A DNA stretch of 64,000 bases from positions 33,601-97,600 of IMG/VR virus record IMGVR_UViG_3300020000_000010. The stretch is one strand, 5' to 3'. Under the pieces are notes generated by a model. That model ran no database searches. It was not told the DNA's origin and worked only from the letters and a program-made list of their open reading frames with translations. Each line of letters begins with the position of its first letter. Within the stretch, counting starts at the first letter, position 1. The DNA comes from a virus. This document shows, piece after piece, positions 9,973 to 19,184 of this stretch. The position numbers and the translations under genes were made by a program.

Positions 9973-10375
9973 CTATGTGCATAATTTCATCATTATCTGC
10001 AAAACTAAATACTCTCTTATTAATAGCTCTACACATTTGAGATTTAATTCTTTCCCCTTCTTCTATACTATCTAACTCTATTAACACTTCTTCAAAAGTA
10101 CAATTAGGGTAATAGTATTTACATATTCTAAAGATATCTCCTGCTGATCTTCTTTTTCCTTCAGGAGTTTGCTCTTCTTCAGAATCTACATATACTGTAG
10201 CAATTCTTTCATTAAAATCTCTTATAAATTTCCATATAAAATCCTTTAAAGAATGATCTTTTATATTCTTTTTCATAAAGGGTTTTAACCTTAATTTAGG
10301 CTCTTTTAAGAGATCTTTTTCAAATTCTCTTAAAGAAGTTCTATTTCCTCTATTTTCTGTTGTAAAATCTGCCAT
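9914..10375 (-). CDS. Hypothetical protein (paralog of 8705-9223)
   Basis: Shares a motif set with 8705-9223. Confidence 0.7.
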   Translation of the reverse strand: MADFTTENRGNRTSLREFEKDLLKEPKLRLKPFMKKNIKDHSLKDFIWKFIRDFNERIATVYVDSEEEQTPEGKRRSAGDIFRICKYYYPNCTFEEVLIELDSIEEGERIKSQMCRAINKRVFSFADNDEIMHIDEKDEFGRKPGQYRNKEIV

Positions 10376-10376
10376 T

Positions 10377-10772
10377 TTAGAGTTTTAATATATATAATTT
10401 TTGTTTTTCTAATCCATCTTCATTATGTCGGTAGTTTGAATATTCTGCTATTGTTTCAAATCCTAATTCAAAGAGGATAGGTTCATGTTTTTTTCTATAA
10501 TTATGCCCTAAAGTACATATAATAGCTCCAGCATCTTTAAATAAATTTTCTTTAATCTTCTCTAAAACCTCTTTAGCTTCATCTATATATTTCTTTTGTA
10601 TATTAATTACTCCAGACATTTGTACTATCCCACAACCAGTAATCATCCCACAAACGGTTAAATATCCACAACTTTGGTCTAAAGGATAAGTATTTTTATC
10701 ATTCCATCCTCCATAATGATAATATTCTTCTGGTTCAACATCAGGACTTTTCTTAATTTCTTCTTTTATCAT
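10377..10772 (-). CDS. Hypothetical protein
   Basis: Packed ORF. Its CGI and NxxHN motifs resemble 34086-34394. Confidence 0.65.
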   Translation of the reverse strand: MIKEEIKKSPDVEPEEYYHYGGWNDKNTYPLDQSCGYLTVCGMITGCGIVQMSGVINIQKKYIDEAKEVLEKIKENLFKDAGAIICTLGHNYRKKHEPILFELGFETIAEYSNYRHNEDGLEKQKLYILKL

Positions 10773-11188
10773 TAAACTAAAATATTTAAAGAATTCTTAA
10801 CTATTTCTATATAATCATCTGTTTCTACTATAAACCTATGTATACCATAATGTTTATCAGATACAGGATCTATATAAACACTATAACAAACAAAACTTAG
10901 ATTTACTAGTTTAGAAAAATCATTAGGATCACTTTCTAAAAATATATTTAAATCAAAAGTATCTATAGCTATTGCTTTATCTCCAAAACTATCATATCTA
11001 TAATACCTAGATTCTGGTATTTTTAGTCTTTTTAGAGTGTGATCTATAAATCTAGAATTAGGTTCATTAGAAATAAGATATAACTCTATTTCAGGCATTT
11101 GTTGTAGTTTCTCTATATAGTTTCTAAATATATCTATCTTCCAAGAATCTACTATTTCAAATCCTATTTTAATTTTCTTTTCTTCCAT
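10772..11188 (-). CDS. Degenerate HAD-like protein
   Basis: KIGFEIVD, LYLISN, K and IFLESD follow HAD motif spacing, but the nucleophile Asp is absent. Confidence 0.45.
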   Translation of the reverse strand: MEEKKIKIGFEIVDSWKIDIFRNYIEKLQQMPEIELYLISNEPNSRFIDHTLKRLKIPESRYYRYDSFGDKAIAIDTFDLNIFLESDPNDFSKLVNLSFVCYSVYIDPVSDKHYGIHRFIVETDDYIEIVKNSLNILV

Positions 11189-11378
11189 TTATTCTATTTA
11201 ATGTATCTTCAGATTTCTCATTAAAATTATCTACTAATCCCATAAGTTCTTCTTGTTTATTTATTCCAAGTATTTGTAATGCTTGACAAAATCTTATATC
11301 TAGATTATTATATAGAAATTCTTCAAGAACTTCTAAAATCTTAAAATTTGATTTTTGAGGATCTTTTACTTCTTCCAT
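11169..11378 (-). CDS. Hypothetical protein
   Basis: Packed ORF with the phage-type motif IRFCQAL...DNFNEKSEDTL. Confidence 0.6.
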   Translation of the reverse strand: MEEVKDPQKSNFKILEVLEEFLYNNLDIRFCQALQILGINKQEELMGLVDNFNEKSEDTLNRINGRKEN

Positions 11379-11389
11379 TTTATTTATTG

Positions 11390-11578
11390 TTATTCTGAAT
11401 ATTTACTTAATTCTTCACAATCTTCAATATCTCCCATTCTTTTTAGATAATCTAAACCTCCATCAACACTATATTCTTTTCCGTTTTTATCTATATGAAT
11501 TTTAAAATCATGTCTATGTTTAGATTCTATAATAGTTCCATCAGGAGTTTTTATAGCATTATATATTATTTTACTCAT
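11390..11578 (-). CDS. Conserved small phage protein
   Basis: [19 protein letters not shown]...[10 protein letters not shown] is a widespread phage motif of unknown function. Confidence 0.75.
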   Translation of the reverse strand: MSKIIYNAIKTPDGTIIESKHRHDFKIHIDKNGKEYSVDGGLDYLKRMGDIEDCEELSKYSE

Positions 11579-11581
11579 TAT

Positions 11582-11827
11582 TTAATTTATATATTCAATT
11601 TGATAAGTACTATAAGTTGTTTTAAATATATTCTTTTTATTTAACTTTTTAGTTACAATACTTGTATAAAGATAAGGATGTAATTTAGATAGATATAATA
11701 TAAACTCTTCTCCCTCTTTAGGTTTATGTATCATATATCCATCTCTAGTATAACCTTTGTTTATTCCATTAGGATGATTTCCACCAAAGATATCATCTGA
11801 TATTTTTGTTAATCTTATTTTTTTCAT
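11582..11827 (-). CDS. Hypothetical protein
   Basis: Packed ORF with HPNGI...G and TSIV...FKTTYSTY motifs. Confidence 0.65.
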   Translation of the reverse strand: MKKIRLTKISDDIFGGNHPNGINKGYTRDGYMIHKPKEGEEFILYLSKLHPYLYTSIVTKKLNKKNIFKTTYSTYQIEYIN

Positions 11828-11835
11828 TTTATATA

Positions 11836-11872
11836 ATAAAAAAGAAGCACCAGAAAATCTCTAGTGCTTCTT
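11836..11872 (-). terminator. Intrinsic terminator
   Basis: Minus strand reads AAGAAGCACTAGAG-loop-TTCTGGTGCTTCTT followed by a T-run. Confidence 0.8.
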
Positions 11873-11989
11873 GTGTTTATAATTAGGTACTTAAATAGTA
11901 GTTAAAGACGATCTAAATGGGTATCTCAAGGTTTCTTATCTACTATATTACTATAAACCTTTTTTCATGTACCTAGAACAAAATCCTAT

Positions 11990-12154
11990 TTAATAAGGAT
12001 TATTATAATATTCTTTAGCAGCTTTTATACTAGTAACAGTAGTATCATAGTAATTACCATTAATACATCTCCTTACTCTATAATTACCACTAGGAATTCT
12101 TTGAATACCTTTACTAATTTTTGTATAATTACCTGATTTTTTGTTATTTTTCAT
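11990..12154 (-). CDS. 54-aa AP2-like DNA-binding protein (not in the ORF track)
   Basis: Hand translation gives MKNNKKSGNYTKISKGIQRIPSGNYRVRRCINGNYYDTTVTSIKAAKEYYNNPY, a three-strand plus helix AP2-type pattern. Confidence 0.6.
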   Translation of the reverse strand: MKNNKKSGNYTKISKGIQRIPSGNYRVRRCINGNYYDTTVTSIKAAKEYYNNPY

Positions 12155-12218
12155 TTTTACTTTTTTATTTATTAATTATTATTTATCACTCTTTATTATC
12201 ACTCTTGCACTATCTTAA

Positions 12219-13238
12219 TTAATATTCTTTCCCATTAACTATTAGTCGGTTGTTTATATAAAATAAGGGCTCCACATGATAGAAACCATCTTTATCTAAT
12301 GTAACTAAACAACAAGCATTTAACCAACTATTCTTCATAGCTTTAGTAGCATAATTAAATATTGGAGCATTTATATCTCCTCCAAAACCCATATTAAACC
12401 CTCCTACTAATCCTTCAATATATATTTGAAATCTATGTGTATGAAAATACAATACTGATTTTCTATAAGTATCTATAGTCTTTTTAGCACTATGAGTATT
12501 TAAGAATTCTCCATGACAGATCTCTAAATGTTCCCCTAATTTAATAGAATCATTCTTCCAATCTTTATACACACAATAACCTCTTTCTAATAGCCTTAAT
12601 CCTTCTTCTGGAGACTTTAAAGCCTCACCATACTTAGATTCATCAGAATTAGAAAGTAATCTATTATATCTATCACAGTGATTGCCAAAGAGATAGTCTT
12701 TTGTTCCTTTTATATCTAACTCATCAAAGAGATCTAATAGTTTATTAGCCTCTCTATATTCCCAATCTAAGGTAACTCCTTTTAGTGGAATTTTACCTCT
12801 ATCGTGAGAACTTAATGAATTTAAATCTAAAAAATCTCCTGCTAGTATAATTCCTTGTAGTTTAACTTTTTCTGTTAAATACTTTAATACAGAATCATAC
12901 ATTTTCTTATTATGCCAGGGAGCATGTGTGCAACCTGTAATAAAATAAGTACCTGGAGTATTTCTTAAATTATCTTTTTTAATAGTATCTTTTTCAATAA
13001 ATTTTACATTTTCTATATAACAACCTAAGGAAAAACCTATTTTTTTGTTATTATACAAAGATAAAATCTCTTTTTCAGCACTATTTTGGAAAGGCTCCTT
13101 AATATTTTTATTAAGAAGATATATATAATCGCTTACATATTTCCTATGTTTACCAAACTTAGTACAAGCTATACTTAAAGCAACTCTATTATCAATAGAA
13201 TACTTTAATATGCTCTTTATCAACCCCTCTTTATTCAT
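12219..13238 (-). CDS. Metallophosphoesterase (calcineurin-like) with N-terminal extension
   Basis: GCTHAP, GDFLD, GNHCDR, CHG, FHTHR. Confidence 0.85.
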   Translation of the reverse strand: MNKEGLIKSILKYSIDNRVALSIACTKFGKHRKYVSDYIYLLNKNIKEPFQNSAEKEILSLYNNKKIGFSLGCYIENVKFIEKDTIKKDNLRNTPGTYFITGCTHAPWHNKKMYDSVLKYLTEKVKLQGIILAGDFLDLNSLSSHDRGKIPLKGVTLDWEYREANKLLDLFDELDIKGTKDYLFGNHCDRYNRLLSNSDESKYGEALKSPEEGLRLLERGYCVYKDWKNDSIKLGEHLEICHGEFLNTHSAKKTIDTYRKSVLYFHTHRFQIYIEGLVGGFNMGFGGDINAPIFNYATKAMKNSWLNACCLVTLDKDGFYHVEPLFYINNRLIVNGKEY

Positions 13239-13392
13239 CTATCTATTTTTAGTTAATATTGAATTAATCTCATTAACAACAGATTTAGGTAGTCCTCTAT
13301 CATCAATTTCATAATACTTATTCTTCTTTCTCTTTCTTTTAAATATTTTGAATATTTTACAACTTTTTATTATCACTTTTTCTAATTTTCTA

Positions 13393-13424
13393 CAAATATA
13401 TAACCTTTTTTAGATATATCCAAA
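13393..13424 (-). promoter_or_regulatory. Bacteroidota sigma70-type promoter
   Basis: Minus strand TTTG-N20-TATATTTG. Confidence 0.75.
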
Positions 13425-13439
13425 TAAATACGATAATAT

Positions 13440-14252
13440 TTATAAAGGTATATCTTTAAGACTATAGACACGCCTATATCCTACGTTATATCTCTGATTA
13501 TGCTTAGCATCAAATAAATAGGTTAATATACCTGCTTTATTTAGATCTCTAAAGTTTTCAAATTTATCATCCACCATAAGGTCTAAGCCCAATAATTGTG
13601 CTGCTTCTACCTTACTTTCATTAAATCCTAAACTAAAAACAGGAACTTCTGGAAATCCATGTTTACTTAACCATTCTTCTGTCCATTCTTTACAAATAGG
13701 TCTAGAAGTTATATAACAAGCAGGTTCAAAAGGAATATCTTTTGGATTAGTCTTTACTGGAATAGACATCCAAAATTCCTTATTATCCTTTAATTCTTCA
13801 AATTTTAATCTAATATCTCTATCAAAAGTCCAAAACTCTGGAATAGGTTTATTAAAGTATTTACACCAATAAGGTACAAAATCTGCTAATACATCATCAA
13901 TATCTAGTCCTATCCTCTTATTTTTTAGATAAGAGTGATCTCTATCATCAAGATGAGGAGCATGTTTATAGTAAGAAACTATTGCTAAACAATTCCATGC
14001 AGCATTAGCCATGTGATAAGTTCCTAGTTCAGGATCTATATCCTCTCCATTCTCAAAAGCAGCAATATGTCTTTTTAAACTAGCTAAACATTTACTCCAT
14101 TCCATTCCTTTTAACCAGTTCTTATCTCCATATTTTTCAGCACCTTTAGAAAAAATTTTAACTAATTGTTCCATAGCAAAAGGTTCTAGAAGGTCATATC
14201 TTAACTTTCCCTTATTAAACCTAGCTGCTAATTGTGGTTCTCTTTCTATCAT
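13440..14252 (-). CDS. dATP/dGTP diphosphohydrolase (DUF5664-like) fused to a HAD 5'-nucleotidase-like domain
   Basis: N-terminal GKLRYDLL..GAEKYG..NW.KG..SLKRH..GEDIDPE.G..H.A.AAWN. C-terminal IGLDIDDVLADF, ITSR, VDDK. Confidence 0.85.
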   Translation of the reverse strand: MIEREPQLAARFNKGKLRYDLLEPFAMEQLVKIFSKGAEKYGDKNWLKGMEWSKCLASLKRHIAAFENGEDIDPELGTYHMANAAWNCLAIVSYYKHAPHLDDRDHSYLKNKRIGLDIDDVLADFVPYWCKYFNKPIPEFWTFDRDIRLKFEELKDNKEFWMSIPVKTNPKDIPFEPACYITSRPICKEWTEEWLSKHGFPEVPVFSLGFNESKVEAAQLLGLDLMVDDKFENFRDLNKAGILTYLFDAKHNQRYNVGYRRVYSLKDIPL

Positions 14253-14374
14253 TTATAAAACTATTACAATAATCATAAATTTCTTTTTCTAACCAATCTT
14301 TATGTTCTTTATCTCCATGTTTTACTTTCTGAAAAAGAGATATGGCAAACTCTTTTAATAAAAATTCTTCATTT

Positions 14375-14926
14375 TCACTCATCTTTCTTAAATCTATCTA
14401 TATTAAATAACTCTTCTTTCATTATAGGTTTATCAAAAACCTCACTATAATCAGGTAACTTAAAATCTAGCTGTAAAATCTCTTCTAAAGCATCTAAATC
14501 CTTTCTAGTAGGATATAGTATCTTTTTAATATTTAAGTACTTCTCGTGATTATAATCCTTATATAATTCTAATAAATACTTCTTATATTCATCTCCAAAT
14601 TGTGTATATTTTCCTTCTACAAAACAGAAAAAGTTATCTGATTGATTATAAGGAACATCAAACCTATATATTTCATATAGATCTTTATATATTTTTTCAA
14701 TAAATTCAATATTATTTATTAGTTCTTTCTCTATTAAAAGATCTCTTACTTCTTTTAATTCTTCTTCTTTAAATTTAAATACTAAATATATACTTCTAGG
14801 ATCAGTAGAAATATAGGTATTATAGTAGTTAAGTGTAAATATTCTAGGATGAAAACCTAACATATCTCTAATAAAAGTAGTAGATTTTGTTAGTTTTCTT
14901 TCCTGATTAATATTTCTATCTCCCAC
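14375..14926 (-). CDS. Hypothetical protein
   Basis: 183-aa ORF in the replication block, with a GKYTQF motif. Confidence 0.65.
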   Translation of the reverse strand: MGDRNINQERKLTKSTTFIRDMLGFHPRIFTLNYYNTYISTDPRSIYLVFKFKEEELKEVRDLLIEKELINNIEFIEKIYKDLYEIYRFDVPYNQSDNFFCFVEGKYTQFGDEYKKYLLELYKDYNHEKYLNIKKILYPTRKDLDALEEILQLDFKLPDYSEVFDKPIMKEELFNIDRFKKDE

Positions 14927-14950
14927 ACATATCCTCCTTCTTTTTAATCA

Positions 14951-15748
14951 TTATTCTGGTAGTTCTATACTCTCTTTTTTATAATATCCTCTATATTTAA
15001 TAGGTTCTGGAACAACAAATCCTTCATAATCTTCTAAAATATATAAAGAATTGTAGTTTTTGTAAAATTCTTGAATTCCTTTATATTCTCCAAATTCTTG
15101 TATATATTCATTAAAGATTAAGGATTCTATAGGAACTCCTAAGTTTTCTTCTAAGAGTTTTTCTACATATTTAATTCCTTTACCTTTAATACCAACTATT
15201 CCGTCAGATTTATCTCCACAAATTACTGATTTCCAGAAGTATACCCTAGCATCTTCTTCTGAAATATTATAAAACTCTTTTTTTCTCCAATTATAAGATA
15301 AACCTTCTAAATTTAAAAGGTCTTTGTCTACACAAATTAGGAAAGAACCTGGAACCTTTTTCCTAGTAATCCTACAAGCATCATCTACCTCAATATCATT
15401 AACTTCTATAGCATTCCAATTATCTATTAAATATTGCTTAGTAAATTCCCAAAATTTTGGCTGTTCCTTACTACGGTTTTGCTTATAGTCTGGATTTATA
15501 GCCAATCTAGATTTAATAGTATTCTTACCTTTTACATAAGCTATATAATATTCTGATTTAGAACTAGTTAGAATTTCATTCATTATTTGATTAGCAGAAT
15601 TCTCTATTTCAAGTTCTGTTTTATCAAAATACTGATATAAACCCTCTTTTTTTATTGGTTGACCAAAGGTATCCAAAACTTTATTTGGATGCATAATTGA
15701 ATAGATAACCGAATCTAAATCTATGACTCCAACCCTCTTACTCTCCAT
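14951..15748 (-). CDS. 5'-3' exonuclease / flap endonuclease (PIN fold)
   Basis: IDLDS, YKQNR, EVDD, DKDL, GDKSDGIVGIKGKG (H3TH). Confidence 0.9.
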   Translation of the reverse strand: MESKRVGVIDLDSVIYSIMHPNKVLDTFGQPIKKEGLYQYFDKTELEIENSANQIMNEILTSSKSEYYIAYVKGKNTIKSRLAINPDYKQNRSKEQPKFWEFTKQYLIDNWNAIEVNDIEVDDACRITRKKVPGSFLICVDKDLLNLEGLSYNWRKKEFYNISEEDARVYFWKSVICGDKSDGIVGIKGKGIKYVEKLLEENLGVPIESLIFNEYIQEFGEYKGIQEFYKNYNSLYILEDYEGFVVPEPIKYRGYYKKESIELPE

Positions 15749-15912
15749 CTAAAAGATAATTATCTTTAATTAGTTTTACTATTTTGTTATTTTCTTGATA
15801 GTCTTCCCTCATATCGGAAGATATATGTTCTTGTATCATTAAGGAGGTTGTTGATCTATCTAATGCTTTAACTATTCTTTCTAATAATTCTGAACTTACT
15901 TTATACATATTA

Positions 15913-16248
15913 TTACCCTCCTAAAGCATCATTATCAAAAGAATCAAAAGCTTCTTTATCAAATTCCTCTTCTTCATTAATTTTAGTTGTTTCTAATAAA
16001 TTCTGTCCGTCCATTTGTTTTTCTACAATCATAATCCATTGATCATATAGAACATCTATCAGTTTTTCTTCATCTCTTGTTAATCCTCCTTCAAAATTAT
16101 CTAGGAGCTCAGATAAATAAGATCCTAAGAAATAATCATTCTTTCTTGCAAAAAGATTCATTTTCTTATCATTAGGAAAATTATCTTTAATAGTTTGAAT
16201 AAATTCTTCTGGATATTGTAGAATTAATTTTTGTTTTTGATCACTCAT
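15913..16248 (-). CDS. Acidic hypothetical protein
   Basis: 111-aa ORF with an acidic C-terminus. Confidence 0.6.
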   Translation of the reverse strand: MSDQKQKLILQYPEEFIQTIKDNFPNDKKMNLFARKNDYFLGSYLSELLDNFEGGLTRDEEKLIDVLYDQWIMIVEKQMDGQNLLETTKINEEEEFDKEAFDSFDNDALGG

Positions 16249-16251
16249 ATT

Positions 16252-16461
16252 TTATTTTAAATTGTAATTATTACCATCAAATATAAACCTATTGTTATTT
16301 TTAATAGCATTTGATAATTCTAATTTTGTTTTAATTTGTTGATATTCTCCTTCGTAATTAATAAAATATTCAAAATTTTTTTCATCTAAATAATTTCTTC
16401 CAAACAAAGGGCCATCCTCATCTATTGGTTCATCTAGCCAATTACTTCCAAATAGTGCCAT
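16252..16461 (-). CDS. Hypothetical protein with internal duplication
   Basis: LFGSNWLDE...LFGRNYLDE. Confidence 0.6.
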   Translation of the reverse strand: MALFGSNWLDEPIDEDGPLFGRNYLDEKNFEYFINYEGEYQQIKTKLELSNAIKNNNRFIFDGNNYNLK

Positions 16462-16473
16462 TATTTTAATAAA

Positions 16474-17058
16474 TTATATTTTATATATTGTAATTACTAA
16501 CTTATTATTCCTAGTATCGTCTATAGGTATAAAAGAACATGGTATTTCCTGTAAATATATAGGTTTATCATCTTCTATAATCCCTTTAAGAGCATCTAAA
16601 GAACATTTCCTATAGATTAATGAAAGATTATCAATATCTTGAGTTTCTTCATTAATTATATCATAAAATTCTAATAATACTCCTATAGGATAATCATCTC
16701 TTTTTAAAGGTTTTAGATTATTTTCCTTATAAATATCCTTAAAATAATTCTTTAAATCTCTAGCTATTTTTGCTCTAAGAAAGTGATCCATACCTGACCA
16801 AATATCATTTCCTCTAATCTTCTTAAATCTAGGAGTACCTGCCACTCTAGGATTTGCTATAATTTTAGAATCATCTTGTACATTTACAAGTATTCCTTTA
16901 CTATTAAAGTTAAAGAATTCCTCATTATGAAGATATTTTTTAGGTATTTTCTGTCCTTTCTTAAAGAACTTAGCTCTTCTTTGTTTACTCAACTGCACAT
17001 ATTTTATATAGTTTGGTATTTCTACCTTATATAAGATATTTCCTTCCTCTATTTTCAA
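16474..17058 (-). CDS. RusA-like Holliday junction resolvase
   Basis: DIDNL...K...DAL..IIEDD catalytic pattern. Confidence 0.75.
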   Translation of the reverse strand: MKIEEGNILYKVEIPNYIKYVQLSKQRRAKFFKKGQKIPKKYLHNEEFFNFNSKGILVNVQDDSKIIANPRVAGTPRFKKIRGNDIWSGMDHFLRAKIARDLKNYFKDIYKENNLKPLKRDDYPIGVLLEFYDIINEETQDIDNLSLIYRKCSLDALKGIIEDDKPIYLQEIPCSFIPIDDTRNNKLVITIYKI

Positions 17059-17070
17059 ATTGCTTATTTA

Positions 17071-17247
17071 TTAAGGCATTATTTCATCTAATGCATTTTC
17101 TACATCTTTTCCAGCAGATTTTATTAATTTTTTTGTATTTTCAGGATCTTCTCCTAAAACCACATCTATAGTATCTTTTACTATTACCACAGGAGTTAGT
17201 GCTAATTTAACTCCAGAACTTATTATATTTCCTATAAATCCAAACAT
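17071..17247 (-). CDS. 58-aa hypothetical protein (not in the ORF track)
   Basis: Hand translation MFGFIGNIISSGVKLALTPVVIVKD...DEIMP fills the gap between neighbours. Confidence 0.6.
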   Translation of the reverse strand: MFGFIGNIISSGVKLALTPVVIVKDTIDVVLGEDPENTKKLIKSAGKDVENALDEIMP

Positions 17248-17261
17248 ATTTAATTTATTTA

Positions 17262-17483
17262 TTATAATTCTTCTTCATTAACTAAAGATTTATAGTTTTC
17301 TAAAGCTTGTTTATGAATATTAGATCCTTCAAAAGTTTCTACAGATCCTGTACAATCTTCTCCCCAACCTTCTTCTTGTAAGTCTTCTTGTTTACTAGCA
17401 TCTTCTTGAGACAAATACCAATCTAAGGAAACAGATCCATCTCCTCCATTAAAACAAGCATAATATAGTGTTATTTTTTTCAT
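17262..17483 (-). CDS. Hypothetical protein
   Basis: NGGDGS and EGWGEDC motifs. Confidence 0.65.
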   Translation of the reverse strand: MKKITLYYACFNGGDGSVSLDWYLSQEDASKQEDLQEEGWGEDCTGSVETFEGSNIHKQALENYKSLVNEEEL

Positions 17484-17566
17484 ATTATTTATTTTATTCC
17501 TTTTTCAAACTCTATAAAATCTTGAGTTACTTTTACTACTTTTAATTTTTCCATTATATCAAACTA

Positions 17567-17842
17567 TTAATTAACTATAAATAATTCATTAAACTCTTCT
17601 AAAGTATATTCTTTCCTTTTTTGATCTTTTCTATATTTTGCCCAAAAAGAAATATCTTCCTTATTAGACTCTGCTATTTTAAGATCTTCTTCTAAAGGCA
17701 TATAAGAATGCCAATTTCCTTGAATATTGCTAAATTCAACAATTATTTTATCCCTTTCTGATTTAGTAAAACATGTAGTTATTAATAAAGAATAAGGAAT
17801 ATTATTATATTTAGAACTATCTTTAAAAAATAAATATTTCAT
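17567..17842 (-). CDS. Hypothetical protein
   Basis: ATGA overlap with the primase stop. Confidence 0.6.
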   Translation of the reverse strand: MKYLFFKDSSKYNNIPYSLLITTCFTKSERDKIIVEFSNIQGNWHSYMPLEEDLKIAESNKEDISFWAKYRKDQKRKEYTLEEFNELFIVN

Positions 17843-18870
17843 ATTAAACTATTAATTAAATCTTTAGCATATTCTAAACTATACTTTTTTACTACTTCTG
17901 ATATATCTTTACATCCCAGTTCTATAGGTATAAAGATTTCTTGTATATTATACATATTTGCTATTTTGTGTGATATTTCTATTCCTGTTACATCATTATC
18001 ATAAAAGAGTATTATATCCTTAAATCTATATTTAAGTTCATTATATTGAAGATTTTCAAGTAAAACACCCTCATTCATCAAAGATATAGAATCAAATCCT
18101 AACTTTTTCAAATAAAGTCTATCTTTTCTTGATTTGGTAATAAATAATAAATTTCCTTTTATAGGAAGTTTATTATATCCATCAATTATAGATTTATTTC
18201 CTGAATATAACCATTTCCATTGCTTTTTAGCAAAAGGACAATATATCTTATAAAATACTTCTTCGTGTACTATATACTTATAAGCATATATAGGATTATC
18301 ATTTGTATAAAATTTTATTAGTTTATCATTTAAATATACTAATTTACAGGAGATTACATCTTCTATAATATCAGATAACTCTAAAGGATTCCAATAATCT
18401 ATATCAACCTTGGTAAAAGGTTGTTCTTGTATAGTTATTTTACTTTCTTTTCTTGTACTATCAACATATCCCATAGGGCTACTCCCCAAAAGGAACTCAG
18501 AAGTAATATTCCTACTACTATATACCATATTTCCTGTGGATTTATTCCTAACATCTTTATATAGATTAAAATCATTAACTATTACTTTTATTGCTTCAGG
18601 TAAACTTAAATTATATTTCTTTTGAATAAATTGAAAACAATTAAATATCTCTCCTGTAGCCCAATCTTTACCTAATATTTTTCCTTTATATTCATTAAAT
18701 TTAAAAGAAGGATTATTTTCTTTTCTAAAAGGAGATAGAATATAAGAATTAAATTTAATAGATTGGTTTAAATAATATTCATATATTGTTTTTTGATCTA
18801 CTAAAGATAATACTTCTTCCATAGAAAAAGTTTTCTTTTTTTCTTCTACTTTTGAAAAGTTTAATATCAT
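17839..18870 (-). CDS. DNA primase (TOPRIM)
   Basis: SPFRKENNPSF and KDWATG in the N-terminal domain, then ITKSRKD, YDNDVTG and KDISE. Confidence 0.88.
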   Translation of the reverse strand: MILNFSKVEEKKKTFSMEEVLSLVDQKTIYEYYLNQSIKFNSYILSPFRKENNPSFKFNEYKGKILGKDWATGEIFNCFQFIQKKYNLSLPEAIKVIVNDFNLYKDVRNKSTGNMVYSSRNITSEFLLGSSPMGYVDSTRKESKITIQEQPFTKVDIDYWNPLELSDIIEDVISCKLVYLNDKLIKFYTNDNPIYAYKYIVHEEVFYKIYCPFAKKQWKWLYSGNKSIIDGYNKLPIKGNLLFITKSRKDRLYLKKLGFDSISLMNEGVLLENLQYNELKYRFKDIILFYDNDVTGIEISHKIANMYNIQEIFIPIELGCKDISEVVKKYSLEYAKDLINSLI

Positions 18871-19074
18871 TATCTTATTTCAACTAAAAGAACTTCACAT
18901 TCTTCTATTTTATTTTTTATTAAATCACAAATTACAAAAGTTTTATCATTATTTTCTTTCTTCTGAAGTTTTAAGTAAGTATCTTTAATTGCTTTTAAGA
19001 ATACTTTTAAATGATTTTTATAATCGTCTTTTCTTGCTAATATAGGCATTATATTTATTATATAAAAGAGTAGG

Positions 19075-19150
19075 CAGATAGTATAGGAGTCGAACCTATA
19101 TCTTCTAACCCGTGAGATCTAATGCTTTATCCTAATTAAGCTAACTACCC
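19075..19150 (-). tRNA. tRNA-like RNA with a degenerate anticodon arm (best reading CAC), enclosed in an extra 10-bp stem
   Basis: Acceptor GGGTAGT/ACTATCT, D-arm GCTT/AAGC, T-arm ATAGG-TTCGACT-CCTAT. The anticodon stem pairs poorly. Confidence 0.65.
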
Positions 19151-19184
19151 ACCTACTCTTATTTCTTTATATTATTCTAAAAAT

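Noticed and set aside
19064-19160. Bacterial Y RNA or opal/Sec tRNA (TCA) interpretation
   Set aside because: The arm order is that of an ordinary tRNA rather than the permuted YrlA order, no Ro60 gene is seen, and the TCA register gives no anticodon stem and no U33.
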